Shown here one piece after another: positions 39,086 to 52,546 of a DNA stretch of 64,000 bases. The first letter of the stretch is position 1, and every line of letters begins with the position of its first letter. Location of the stretch: NCBI GenBank assembly GCA_000320545.1, contig ADNK01002058.1, positions 174,244 through 238,243 of the forward strand. Reading direction: 5' to 3'. The position numbers and the translations under genes were made by a program. Below the pieces are notes generated by a model. It was given only the letters and a program-made list of their open reading frames with translations, did not search any database and was not told where the DNA came from. Origin of the DNA: Bigelowiella natans CCMP2755 (taxonomy: Eukaryota; Protista; Cercozoa).

Positions 39086-39502
39086 TTCGTCTCGAATTTC
39101 TGAGAGCTCCCACTGCAACACGACCTGGCGTGCATGAGGTGTTGTAGTGCACTTGCACGTCAAGCCAGCAGTGCAATCACCACACACAAAAGGAGACACA
39201 GAGAATGCACATCCGACCCAAATTGCAGCATGAGGTGTTGAAATGCTTCACGTGCTGCGCCGTGTGCTGTGCAATTGCGTGCATTGCGGGCGTTGCTTGA
39301 ACACACGTGCAACAAGTGACAAACATGTCTAGATGTGTGCTCTGATTTGGCACGTGTGTGGGTGAGAGCATGTGCACAAAACACCATGTGTTGTGAAGAA
39401 CAGATGTGTGAAACCACACATGTTCGCACGTGCGTGCGCCACATGGCCCAAAGGGCAATGGAACATTCTGTCTCACAACGATAATTTTGAGGAAAGACAC
39501 TG

Positions 39503-40691
39503 TCAAATTTCATCAGGCAGAACTCCAACATCGTCCGAAGAGTCTGGAAACCCTAGAACGCTTTCAATGTATCGAAGGACAAGGCGCCGGCTTCGTCGGC
39601 AAGAAGAAAGTGAATTGTTCGAGCAATAATGCAAGTGTCTATCTTTATCTTCAAAACCCAATTTGTTACGGGCATTGTTCAAACCCATGAGTCTTCTGTT
39701 ATGATCCACCTGATTTTTCAAAGTCATTTGAGCACGATTTCCCTCTTCATGAAAACACGAGATGGACCTTATCATCTTTAGACAGGAGGAGAAGGAATGA
39801 AGGAATCTGGAAACTACATCTCATCCATTTGTTAAATTTGACCTTGCAGTGTATGTTAGAGAGTAAATGAATAATGCCCAAAATAATATGGAAATAGATG
39901 ATGATGAAATACCTCGTCAGTAGCGATCGGCCAACGGATATCATGAATGTAGATAAAGCTTCGAATATCCGTGACTTTAGCATCATCATAGAGTAGTATC
40001 ATTACACGCACCTTTAGTGAGAAGTACATCACTGACCTTGGGTCATGTAATCCTTTATGAGTGGACGCCATTTTCCTTTCCACATTCCGTCAACTTGTGG
40101 ATCTGTCGAGGGCATCCTATCAAACAAGGAGGGTTTCATCAAACAGAAAATTAGGATGCATTCAAGCTATAATTACATGTGTTACCCTGGGAAATCAGTT
40201 ATCACGAAGGCGTCATTCACAATGAACATGTCGATGGTTTTCGTCTTTCCAGCAACAGACTAAAATTAATGATCAATGAGAACGAAGTACGCGGCAGGAG
40301 CGATATTTGTGGGATACAATACCGACGCGCGAGCGATGTTCTTTTTGACAAGAAGGTGGTTTATCATACTGAGATAGTCACTAAAGTTATGATTTGCAGA
40401 CAACTGAACAGGAACGTATCTGCACCTTGATTTGCCTGCATTCGAAACACCTGCAACGCACAAGTGCGGCAGTTTCCCAGCTTTACCTTCTAGTGCCTCT
40501 GAAATTGACTCAGCGCTTTCGCATCGATGTACTTGGACCTTGTTAAATTTATTGCTGACCAAGTGATCGTTCCTTGTGGGGAGAGATGATGACGAAGACG
40601 ATGGTGATAATGACAGTGATGATGACAGATATCGTCGTGCCTTCCCACCTTTCGCAGCCCACGAGCAACTCCGATTTACCAACCTCAGCAT
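39503..40691 (-). CDS. engB: EngB/YihA/YsxC-family GTPase, probably mitochondrial, 7 exons
   Basis: G1 LCVAGVSNAGKS|SMINHL, G2 AS|SVAGKTKTI, G3 TDFPG, IHDIRW, G4 LLSKDDK; Arg/Ser-rich presequence. Confidence 0.85.
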
Positions 40692-41160
40692 CACGGTCTA
40701 ACGGACAACGTTGCTTTATGAATTCGGTGAGGACAATCTCCCCCCCTGCCTAATCCTCTCTGTCAGTTGTGTTTGGATCTACGACGATGATCTCCACAAC
40801 AACAACAACAACAAGAGCATCATACTAGTCATAATTTAATGCCTAAAATATATAATTAGTGTTAACCCTTATTGATTCTTGTAACTGATGTAGTGATCTA
40901 TCCTCTTAGACACAATTTTATCGGTAAAACATCTAAAAATGTCTCGAGATGATATTCACACACCCACACCCACTCATCATCCTTCCTTGCAACTACTGTC
41001 CCACCCTCCCCGTGGTGGACTCTTCATCCTCCTGGTCGGGGAGAAGAACGGATTAAAAAAGGAACGACCGGGCATCCCACATTTGCCAAGGTATAAAACC
41101 CTATTTTTCTTCTTCTTCTTCTTCTTCTTCTTCTTCTTCTTCTTCTTCTTGAATGAAAGA

Positions 41161-41799
41161 ATGATGAAGGCGAAAATTGATATCAGGATGCTGCAATTCA
41201 TCCGGTTTCTACTCCTCTTAGCGCTTCCTTCGTCGGTAGTTCTCTTTGATTACACACATGAGTCCACAAAAGTTAACACAATGATAATAACTAAGGGCCT
41301 CGTAGTGCAGACTGAATGCGGGGGACTACGAGGATTCTATGATTTCCTATCTTCACGATACGTATTCCTCGGCATTCCCTATGGTAATTTAGACATCATC
41401 ATGGAAGAAGCTTCTGTCACATTATAAGAGAGCGCGCATATGCTTCCTGTGTGAGAGCGTGTGTGCTTAGAATTCCACCGATTTGATAACAATTGTATGC
41501 GTCTGTAGCCGCCCCTCCTACCGGCGGCTTGCGGTGGAAGCCAACTGTTAGTTTGAAGGGGGCACGAAAATGCTGGAACGGAACCCGTTTGGCTTTCCTA
41601 CCACCTCCCATGTGCAAACAAACTGTAATTATGGAGATAGTAACTCTTCACATCCCTTAAAAAGAAGATCTATCATGAAAATATGTACTCTAATGTTTCA
41701 TGATTTATCCCTCCTTTGATTATCACAGACAGCGTGGCTTGGCTCTGAAGACTGCCTCTATTTAAGCTTGTGAGAACTACACTTATATCATTGTTGTTG

Positions 41800-41831
<32 letters not shown>

Positions 41832-42912
41832 GTGTGTGAATCAATAAATTAGGCGCATCATCCATGTATAATTTATCCCCCCCACAAACCAACCATAATT
41901 ATTCACCTCTCCTCCACGTTGAGCATCCTCTTTACAATGTATGTAGGTCGATGCCACACAACAACCCCAATAATGTTAAGAGCAGCGACGATGATGATGA
42001 TGATGATGATGTGTCCAAAAATCCGAACCACGGTCTGCTCCCTGTGATGGTATTTTTCCATGGAGGAGATTTGACCGATGGCTACTCATATGTGCCAGGT
42101 GATGATGGTGATGATGAATAATATATGTCGTTATTATTAGTAATATGCGCGATGTATCACAATTGCGATCATATGGGTATCGTCATTATCATAATCATCA
42201 TAAACAACATAAAATCGTTTATTGTTAGGAAATATCCCGTCTGGTTTGTCGGGGACTATTAGCGTGCTGGCAAATTATCGTCTAAACGCATTTGGATATT
42301 TGGCACTCGATGAACTAGCAGGGAGAGACCCAAGAGGTAGTCGTAGTATTAGTAGTAGTTGTAGTAGTAGTAGTAGTAGTAGTAGTAGTACGACATCGAC
42401 TTTCAATATGCTAGATACGCAGTATATATGTATATGTGTACTCTCTGCGATCATCAAAATTAAATGTATGTGATTTTGGAGAAACATAATGAAATGCAAA
42501 CACCAGGTGTATCTGGTAACTATGGCCTTCTTGACCAGATTGAAGTGCTAAAATGGGTATTGTTGGATGATGGAGATGATGATGACGAGGATGATGATGA
42601 AAGACGACATTTCTGTTGCTAGTAGCAATGGTAGTGGTGGTGGTGGTCATGGTACCGAGTATTTCTTTTCTCTGTGAGTTTCAACAGCCGGATGCAATTG
42701 CAAATTTATGTGCAAATATTATGCTAATTACGTGTTGTATGTCTGTCATCATAACTTGTTCTCATCATCATCATCCATGAAGTAGTGAGCTACCATATTA
42801 AAATGATCACGATCGACTCATTAACCTATTACAACTTTCTACTTCTTATCTCAACTTAGGTCAAACAGAACATTAGAAGGTGATGATTTATGATTTTGAT
42901 GTTGTTTTTACT

Positions 42913-42943
<31 letters not shown>

Positions 42944-44921
42944 CTTTCTTCATCTTCTTCTTACTACATTCATATTGATGTTGCATGCCTACTATATGCT
43001 CGTAGTTTTGGAGGGGACCCTGATCGAGTTACCATTTATGGCCAATCTAGCGTAAGATTATGTGTTATCATTATACCAACGTGATAACGAAGGAAGAAGA
43101 AGAAGAAGAAGACTCGATTGATCTTATAATTTGTTGTTCTTTGTTTTTGTGTGTGATTGACACTTATGTGTTTAATGATAGAGCAATGCTTTCCATCTCC
43201 TCGTCCCCCTTGCTTATAATAATAAATTGTTGTTGTTGTTGTTCTTCTTATATTGAGTGTGTGAGTGTATCATCATCCTCGATTGATAGTTGATTTGATT
43301 GTTATTGATAGGGAGGAACATCCGTGTATGCGTTGATGTGCTCACCAAGAGCAAAAGGTGCTATATTGTAGATGTTTCATTATCATCATCATCATCTTCC
43401 TTCTCAACTTACCATCACTTCCATCTACTTTGATACCTCTAATATTCTTCATTCAGGACTTTTCTCACGCGCAATTGCCATGTCGCCCTCACCGCGTATT
43501 AATGCAACGACTGAAGATGCTAATCAAATGCACAAAGCTCCAGGGTTAGAACAATTAAAACGACGACATAAAAGGAGATTATATGCACACAACTTATAAA
43601 CTTTCTTTCTGCATATTGCTACAATAATTAGTTTGCTCAGCTCACATCTTGTGCTGTTGTTTTTAATCGTCATCACCTCCTCCTTTTTATATGATATAGT
43701 GTTGTTTGTTGTTATTGTCTTTAGTGGATTCGTGTCGAGGACTTCATGCAATAATTACACAAGTACTAATCTCTTTTCTCTTGCAAGACCAATCATACAT
43801 AACAATTAGTCACCATAACAAACAAGCACTCAAACAATTCTTTAATGTGATCGACAACAAACGAAATAATTATACCACTTTCCTGTATTGAAGCTTATTC
43901 TCTTTTCATGGGTTTCTCTTCTGTTCCTTCTAATTTCCCTATATTTTCTTCCTTTTCTTCTTCTTCTTCTTCTTCTTCTTCTTCTTCTTGTTTTTGTTCT
44001 TCCTCTTCTTCCTATTCTTCAACTGCTACTACAAAAGGTGGTAACAACAGGGAGCTTCTGGTTGATTGTTTGCTTCAATTGTCTGCAAGAGAAATCGCCC
44101 AAGTAGTAGTTGTCTCAAGTCCCCCTTCTTCTATGTTGATAGTTTTGTATCATTCTTGAGCAATCGTAAGTGTAAGTAAGCGTATGTTCTTCTTTACTTG
44201 ATTGGTTTGTGTCTTCTTTTGCCTCCTAGGCTGTCGTATCAGAAGAATGGAAGTTTCCTTTTTTTGGAATTCCTTCAAATACAACATCATCTCCCCCTAC
44301 GGTTACTGCCTACCTATTACCACAACTACTGTTATAGTACTAGCTATGCGTCCGTGTATATGCGGGGGGGGGGTGGGGGGGTTTATATATTTCTACACAT
44401 ACTACTTTACTAAAAACATCCCTACCAATTATTATCCTGTACTTAATTATCTATTATTATAGCTACTGCAAGTTCTCTCGTTGCTTAAAAGTCTTTTTAG
44501 CTACGGCCCCCTTCCCTCCATCACCCACCTATTCGTAATCTCTCAGGTACCATTGCTGCTCATAGACAATGATACCCTCCCGTGAGTCAAGTTTCGATAA
44601 TTTTGAATGTATGCCGAACGACAAATAACAAAGAGAATGATGATAGTGACGATGATGCTGATGATGCTATTGTGACCAATATCATTGTGGTAAAGCATTT
44701 TTTTCTTTTATGAATACTCTGCGACCCCCCTATTCCTCTTACTTCTGTCGTCATTCACTTTCTAGCTTAAGTTTCTCTCAATGCTTTCGCAACGGCCCTG
44801 TCACTGACGTCCCATTAATCATTGGAACCATGCGAGAGGAAGTGGGAATGAGAAGCAGTAGCACTAGGATGGCGTAGTGCCGATGTTTGGAACGATGATG
44901 ATAATGATGATAATGATGATA

Positions 44922-44961
<40 letters not shown>

Positions 44962-46930
44962 CATCATATGAATGGTAGTAATATTTGAGGAACAACACAC
45001 CATTATCATCACCACCACCACCACAGCCGGACATTGAACCTAAGGACATCGTAGCCGAATATGACAAGAATCAATTTGCGTTGTGGCTAGATGGGAAGCT
45101 CAGCCCATGGTAGTAGGAGTAGTTGTTGTAGTAGGAGGGACTGGTGTGAATCAATGCCAATGATAATAAGTAGCAATGTAGTCCGCCATCATCATCCTCA
45201 TCATCATCATCACCATCATCATGTACTACGTAATAAGGGGTGATGGCATCGGGAGCAAGATTATCACCGACCTCCCCGCATACAAGGATATTCCTCCTCA
45301 GCAAGTCAGTAAGCAAACTAATCACTCGTCACTCTTCTACTCCTCCTCCACTTTTCTTCTGCTTACAACAAAAAGAGGATGAGATCTACTATTGATATTG
45401 ATACTATATGATGATGGGGGAACATATATAATTTACAATAATGATGGGGGCACTATCACCTACGACAGGCTTTGGCTAGGATAACAGCTGACATTCGCAT
45501 GTTATGTGGAAACCTTGAGCTAGCAAAAGACGCATACAAGGTTAATGTAAATATTGTTTTTGCTGTTGATATAGAAGAGTGAATGAATAAATGCGTACAG
45601 TATATGTAAAGAAGAGGTGATTTTTCATAGGCATTCTCCTGCTCCTCCTCCTCCTCACCACCACCACTACCATAACCATCGTTATTATTATCATGTTTAT
45701 CACAACCATCTGCACCTCCTCCTCTTTGTCCCTGCTCCTCCTTGCTTTTAAACAACCCCCTTCTCCTCCTCTTCCTCCTCCTCCTCCTCCTCCTCCTCCT
45801 CCTTGTAGAGACTAGGATCTTCATATCCCGTGTACGTATACTCGATGATTCAAGGCCCCTCTGGTTCCTTTTGCGGTGCATTGAGTAAGTTATTGATTTA
45901 CTGTCTAAAGTCTATCGTTTTCCTTCATCATTATCATTGTGATGCAGCTGCTATTATTGCTAGCTTTAAGTTGTCGAAGTCGTATTATTGGCTCTTCCGT
46001 TGCCCTGCATTTATTCCTGTTTCCTCCTTGTTAGGCGCTATAAATGGGTTCTCGTACTGTCCGCAGGTAGTTATTGTTGTCGTCTCCTCGCTACAGAATC
46101 ACTTCATACAATGATATAGATTTAAACCAATATTTGGGTGGATATTGGTTGTCTTCATCATCATTTAGTATGCATTTCATCTCTGGGACTTATTTGTATT
46201 CAGCTTGGACACAGTTGGTATGTTCTTGTTGTTGTTGTTGATGATGATGATGATAACGATGCACTGCTTTGAATAACAACAAACTGATATACTACTACTT
46301 CACACACGTGCATCATTGTTAAATATTAGAAAATATATATTAAAGTATATTTCGCTCTCCTGATTAGGTTCATGGTTGTGGGGTCATCCTCTCAGCAAAG
46401 ACGAAAGACTATTAGGTATAATATGCATTCTCTCATTATTAATATTTTATGGTTTCCTTTCTGAGTGGTCATCATGGTTGGTAGGCGAGACGCTGCGAGC
46501 TGCCTTTCTAGAATTCGCAGATACGGGTGCTATCCAAGCGTGGAGTGCTTTCACCGGTCCACCGGATAATGATGATGATGATGACAATGTAGACGATAGC
46601 GTCGTTAAAATCATGCAGGGAGAAACGAGAAGAATCAGCACAAGCAGCGAAATTGAAACTGCGTATCATTTCGTGAATCTAATCTCAACCGCGGCATCAG
46701 AAAGACACGCAGCTCCACGGTGTGTATGTATGTATGATGATAATGATCGACTGATAAATCGGTCTTTAGTAGTCTTTATTACGCAAATTGAAGACAACGA
46801 ATCATGAGGGGGCTTGCAATGGTAACATTCTTATCGTTATTGATACTCTTATTATTCCTGCAGATACCGAGAGAGGGAATGTGCCTTCTTTTCTACACTG
46901 GGAATGGAAAATCAAGCATGCATAAATTAA
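41161..46930 (+). CDS. Type-B carboxylesterase with signal peptide, many exons
   Basis: FLGIPY|AAPPTGGLRWKP, GSEDCLYL, LPVMVFFHGG, NYRLNAFGYL, GNYGLLDQIEVLKW|VKQNI, FGGDPDRVTIYGQSS|GG (nucleophile elbow), GLFSRAIAMS, YAFHLWD. Confidence 0.9.
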
Positions 46931-47289
46931 CGGAGGATGAGGCCAGAGCAAAAGCAAGTAGCTAAGTTATACTCGTAGTAGTGTAGTCATGGGATCATGT
47001 TAAGATAGATTATGGCTAGCGTCAAATAACATTATTAGGTCTCCCTGGCGCTGAAGGACTAGATGATGATTTCAGTTATGCAAACCTTCCATCTTTCTAC
47101 GCTGCAACAGCACTGCAGCTGATTAGCTGAATCGCGCGTCTAAATTAGCATATGCCTCTAGATGTGCGAACAATGTAACATGCCAGCCACAGCTACCTCA
47201 AATATGCAATCTAGCAATGCCAATTGGGGCTCAGGCGCTGTGAAAATTCACGTGATGTAGGTTATAAACCTCTCTTTCAATTCGCACGC

Positions 47290-48400
47290 GCTTGGCTCAG
47301 GATTTGAATTGCACATTGCAAACAACAAATTCAGTGTGCAATTTCAAGGGTTTTTGCATCCGACAAAATTTCGACCTCACAGCATGCGCAAGGCTGAGCC
47401 ACTTCTCACAATCCTTGTTTTTGTTGTGCTTTTCACTGGTTGCTTTGATGTGTGCGTTCAGCGAGTTTTGATCGTCTACTGGAGATTTGCGTGTCACCCA
47501 CCGTTGAAACCAAACACATGCATGAGCACTTGAAAACCAAAAAAACATCGCGCGCTGAAAATGAAGTGTGCACCTTCAAGAATCAAGTTTTTCATTGAAA
47601 AATTGAGGAAATCCTAGGAAATTGCACAAATTGGCGCATTGCATGCTAGCATGGCGCATTGCTAGCATCATTGGGCAAGCAAAGCATTTTTTTTCCCGGA
47701 AAAATGCTGAAACACGTCCCCAATCATTTTCCAAGCTCTTTCTGATTGCACCAACAGCACAGTTCCAGAGTTGTGTCAGCATGGGCATCATGCTAGCATG
47801 GGCATGATTGATTTTCCTGACAATTGCAGAGCTGCCGGCTAGCCGCCTCTAGCTAGCTAGCTAGCTAAGGCCACAGCTAGCTAGCCGGGTTTGAGGTCGA
47901 TCTAGCGTAGACCATGGCAGACCACAGCAGAGCTAGCTGCCTGCTCTAGTGCTGCTAGCTGGAGAGACAGTTGTGGCATGCATTGTGACGTACGCACGTG
48001 CGTGCTAGCTAGCTAGGGCTACATGGAGGGCACTAGCTAGCCAGCGTGCGATGTGCGTGCGACGACGTGTGCGCACCACACTAGCACAGACAATCGAATG
48101 ATCGTCTGCTCGTAGCGTGCTGTGAAAATGGCTCTAGGGCTAGCTAGCGTCAGACTGTCTAGCTGTGCCATGTGTGCAAGCTAGCAAGGCCGGACGACAT
48201 GCTAGCATGCATGATGGCTAGCTAGCATTGCGGCACATCTAGCTCTAGAGCTAGGTCCATGGCAGAGCTAGAGAGGTGGCTGTCTGTCTACGTGCGCTGT
48301 CCATGACATGTAGCGTAGCTACACAGCTAGACAGCTAGATGGCTAGTCAGTCCATTTGATGTGCGCACGATTGTGTCAGCTAGTAGCAGGACGAATGGCG
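47290..48400. other. TpA-depleted, CTAG-rich intergenic tract
   Basis: Almost all TA is in CTAG/CTAC/GTAG; dense gctagctag arrays at 47840-48390. Confidence 0.8.
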
Positions 48401-48713
48401 CATGCACACATGGAGAATTTGCGAGAGTCATGGAGTGCATGTTCGCTTAAATTTTTAACAGCGGTACATGAACTGTTCAATGTTACATTGGCTTGATGCG
48501 ATTAGTACGTACTGGCATGTGCGTTTAGCCTAGATTTTCAGAGCGATTAGTGTGCATTGCTAGATTGGCATGTGCGTTTAGCCTAGATTTTTAGAACGCG
48601 GCTACGTGTTACAGCACATGTATAACATGGACAAATTCTTTACACTTAGCGTGGCACTCTGATGTGAAGTCTACCGTCATGTACACATGTGAGGATAAAG
48701 CTTCGCAACAAAT

Positions 48714-49388
48714 TTAAAAGAGCTCCTCTTCTTGGTGGGTTGCGATGGTAACATCGGAGGTAGGGTATGCGACGCAGGTAAGAACGAATCCATCAGCAAC
48801 TTGGCTGTCCTCAAGGAAAGACTGATCAGACTGGTCAACGGATCCAGCAACAACCTTTCCAGCGCAGGTGGAGCAAGCTCCAGCACGGCAAGAGTATGGA
48901 AGATCAAGTCCTTCCTCCTCAGCCTTATCGAGGACATAGGTGTCATCAGGGCATTCAATTACGGATTCTCCTTCAGGGGTCTGAAGAGTGACTTTGTAGG
49001 TAGCAGCAGCAGTCATTGGTGCATGGATTGCGCTAACAGCAACGCGGGAGAATGGGTTCTTGCCGGATACACGAAGGCACTGGTTTCCAGGGGTGCGGAG
49101 AACACGAGCACCGACAGCAGGAGCACGCATAGCGAGACCAGCTCCAAGCTGCTGATCTGTAAGCAAAAGATAAATTATATCAAAATTCCAGAATATTCAT
49201 CACTACGTTCAGAATTCGACGCATGCATGTTGAGTTTAAAAACAAACACCGTCCACACACTTACCAGCAGATCCTGAGGAAAGGACGCATACGATACCAA
49301 CGAAGAGGACAACGTTAAGTGCCACCGAAGCGATGAGCTTGGTGTAGTTGGTCTTAGGCTCGCCGAAGTTCTCGTACTCAGAGTGCAT
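48714..49388 (-). CDS. petF: Plastid [2Fe-2S] ferredoxin with bipartite leader, 2 exons
   Basis: Exon 1 49388-49265 ([41 protein letters not shown]) plus exon 2 49156-48714; [40 protein letters not shown]. Confidence 0.97.
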
Positions 49389-50341
49389 TTTGGTGTATTG
49401 GGTTGTGGCTGCGAGGAGGGGTTGTTATATATTTTAAATCTTCTTGGCTAATTTTGTGAACCTCGAATTAGTCAAACGCATTATAATTTTTCTATTATTT
49501 CTTTAATTTTATTGCATATCAAATAAACATCATCCATTTGGGAAATCAAGTTTGAAATAATGTACATTCCTATGTTGAAAAACCCGTCGCGTAGTAAGTT
49601 GCGCGGTCGGAAATAATTCTGCCGAGAAGATGACAAATCCGAAAACCCGTATATCTTCTCTTTGAGACAAGGAATATATATTCAAATTTAGAATGCTTTG
49701 ATTGGGTTCCTTCTTTAGTAGTAATCCTTTTAATTTACCAGAAAATGTTGATAAAGTCATTTTTGAAGAGAAATTGACGGACTTTAGAAATATCCTTAGG
49801 AAGTAAAGTACGAATGCTGAATCTTGTTTTTAGCCCAGACGTTTGACAAAACTCTCGCCTGTCCACGTGGGACAATTTCTCAATTAGGCTTAGATTCATG
49901 GGGATTTGGAAGAAAGAATTTACCAAATTGAAATCTAATTTGACATTGATACACGACTGGCACAACGATTCGTTGCAAAATCCGCCTTTGCACAGAATTC
50001 TTTCTCGGAAAATTAATAGCAGAAACGGCCCGGGTTGTCACAATTAAAATGAAGGGTATTTTATGCTTCACTGGAAACTTCTGACCAAAACTTAAGAATT
50101 TCCCATTGAAAAAATCAATATTGAATCTGCTGTGATCTGTACATTGAGACATAAAAAAAAAAATAATTCATTCCGAAAACGCGACCGCAGGGTGAATTAA
50201 TCGAAGTAAGAAATACTTTATTCACTTTGCCAGGTCTTAGGGTATCAGGGTTGAAAATCCATGAGTATCGTAAAATACGACATACAGAACCCTTTGTCGC
50301 ATAATAGATATCTTCAAGGGGCATCTCTGATTTTCTGATCA

Positions 50342-52546
50342 ATGGCTTCCGGTCTGCTACTGCTGCTCATCATGCTCCAGGCCTCTCATCCTTTGGCGAA
50401 ACGACATAGATTTTCAACGAGAAACATCCAACATATTATCAGAAGGTTAAGAGGTGGTGGTACACAATGTTCCGCTGTGGAGGGTCGCCGTGAAAGGACC
50501 GCTGCATCATTTGATCCAGGTTGCGAGAGGCACTTGGTGCTCTAAATGCTGATCAACTCGCTGCAATAACTTGTCCTCTCCTTCACTCCTTGAACAATTG
50601 CATTTATATTAAATTAGCTTGTTCTCCTCCTTCCCTTTGCAGTTCAAGAGAATGTAGCTTCGATTGGCGCTGTAAGATATAATGCTGTTGATTCTGGTAA
50701 GACGGCCACGGGGCTCTACCTAATCGGTCTCGGCCTCGGAGATCCGAGCGATATAACAGTGAAGGGTCTGAGAGTCCTTCGAAGATGTAAATATGGTAAG
50801 TTATGAAGTATGGATATGATTGATTGGAAATTATTCCAACACCCATTGACATGCTCAAAGATCTACATGTATCCTAACATCCTGTTAAATGTCAAGACAT
50901 AGTCTAAACATACGTAACAAAATTTTTGATCAAATCTCCATCCAATTGTATTCGACAAATTGACCATGATACACCATTTTATTCTTTTATAAATTAGCAG
51001 CTGAAACAGGCTAATTTCAATTACATACATAATAATATGTTCGTTCAGATAGATGTGTCTAGTTTGTGCTTATCCGTTCCATTAAAACACACTTTCTGAC
51101 CTACTTTTGCATGATCGTAATTTCAAGCCTATCTCGAAGGCTACACGTCCCTTATGAGCTGTTCAAAAGACGAGATGGAGGAAATTTTCGGCAGGAAAAT
51201 ACTGCACGCTGATCGTGATTTCGTCGAGAGCCGTGCTGACTTTATCCTGGATCAAGCGGTGATAAATGTAGCTGTGGGAATAGTAAGCATCTATAGTACT
51301 TGCTATTGTCGCCATTCGTCGTTGTCGTTTTGTGCCGACATTCTTAATTAGCTCCCAACTACATCCTTCTATTAATCCAGAGAAATTCCAGCGTGGCATT
51401 GATGGTGGTCGGTTCTCCTCTCTCAGCAACGACACACTATGATATTGTCCTTCAAGCAAGGTATGCTTTTTTATACATAAATATATCTGCAGTAGATCGA
51501 TTTTCTCGTAGTACCAATGATATAGTAAACAAATCATACTATTGGTGCTTGATAGTTGCTATCACCAATAAGGTATCGTTAATCGAAATGGTTTTCTACT
51601 CCCTTCTTCCTTCATTGCTGATCTTCGATGCTAACTTTTGATTTTGGTGACTGATAATATCTGCTACTTTTTAGGAAGCTTGGCATTAGCGTGTTCATTA
51701 TACCAAACGCCTCTATAATGGATGCAGTTGGTGTGTGCGGTCTGCAATTGTATAATTTTGGTCAGGTCACGGGACAAATCAATTTCTCCACTATGTCAAA
51801 TTTTTCTTATATATTTCTTTTAGTTTTTATTCTTTACATTTCCTGGAAAAGGAAGCTACTTCTTATAGATTTCCACATTGAAATGATTGACCCAAACTGA
51901 CCAAGAAACTGTTCACGAAAAATAGGCGGCACTTTCGTGTTTAGTGCCGTTCATAGAATTAGTGAGGACAATAATTGGTAATCTTTTAATACAGACGGTG
52001 ACCATCCCCGAGTTCGAGGGGAATTGGCGGCCAACAAGCTTTATGGATAAAATCGAGGCTAATCGTAAAAACGGTTTGCACACATTGTGCCTCTTGGACA
52101 TCAAAGCTAAGGAGCATATGGAGAAACCACAGTTCCCAAATGAAAATGAATTTTCATCTCTATCCTCTAATCCCCCCCCCCGATGCCTCACGGTATCATC
52201 AGCAGCGCGCCAAATTCTTTCAGTGGCAGGGAAAAAAAACCAACTCCTTTCGAAGAGAGAGAAGCGTCGTCTGAAGAAGCGACTACAAGTCGCCGAGACT
52301 GAAGCAGCAGAGCCTGCTATGATACCGAATCTAGGCCCTGATACCATTGCTGTTGGGCTTGCTCGTGTTGGCAGTGCAAATATGAGCATAGTAGTTGACA
52401 CTCTCGCTGCTCTTAGAGATGATGTTGACATGGGTCCACCCCTGCATTGCCTCATCATCCCCGCCCCAGACCAGTACCTTCACTTCCTTGAAAAGGACGC
52501 ACTCGCAATGTTCAGAAACCAACCGCTACCAGTAGATAGAAGATGA
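50342..52546 (+). CDS. DPH5: Diphthine methyl ester synthase with N-terminal signal peptide and extension
   Basis: LYLIGLGLGDPSDITVKGL, YLEGYTS, ADRDFVE, VVGSPLSATTH, NASIMDAVGVCGLQLYNFGQ, NGLHTLCLLDIK, GLARVGS, DMGPPLHCLII. Confidence 0.92.

Noticed and set aside
47800-48400. Nucleomorph-type telomere repeat (TCTAGGG)
   Set aside because: Only isolated tctaggg matches, no tandem array. Long introns and TTAGGG indicate host nuclear DNA.
48732-49277. 181-aa plus-strand ORF
   Set aside because: Antisense to ferredoxin; explained by strong codon bias.
49530-50342. Short minus-strand ORFs between ferredoxin and DPH5
   Set aside because: No recognisable motif or consistent splice model; treated as a divergent promoter region, though a small gene cannot be excluded.
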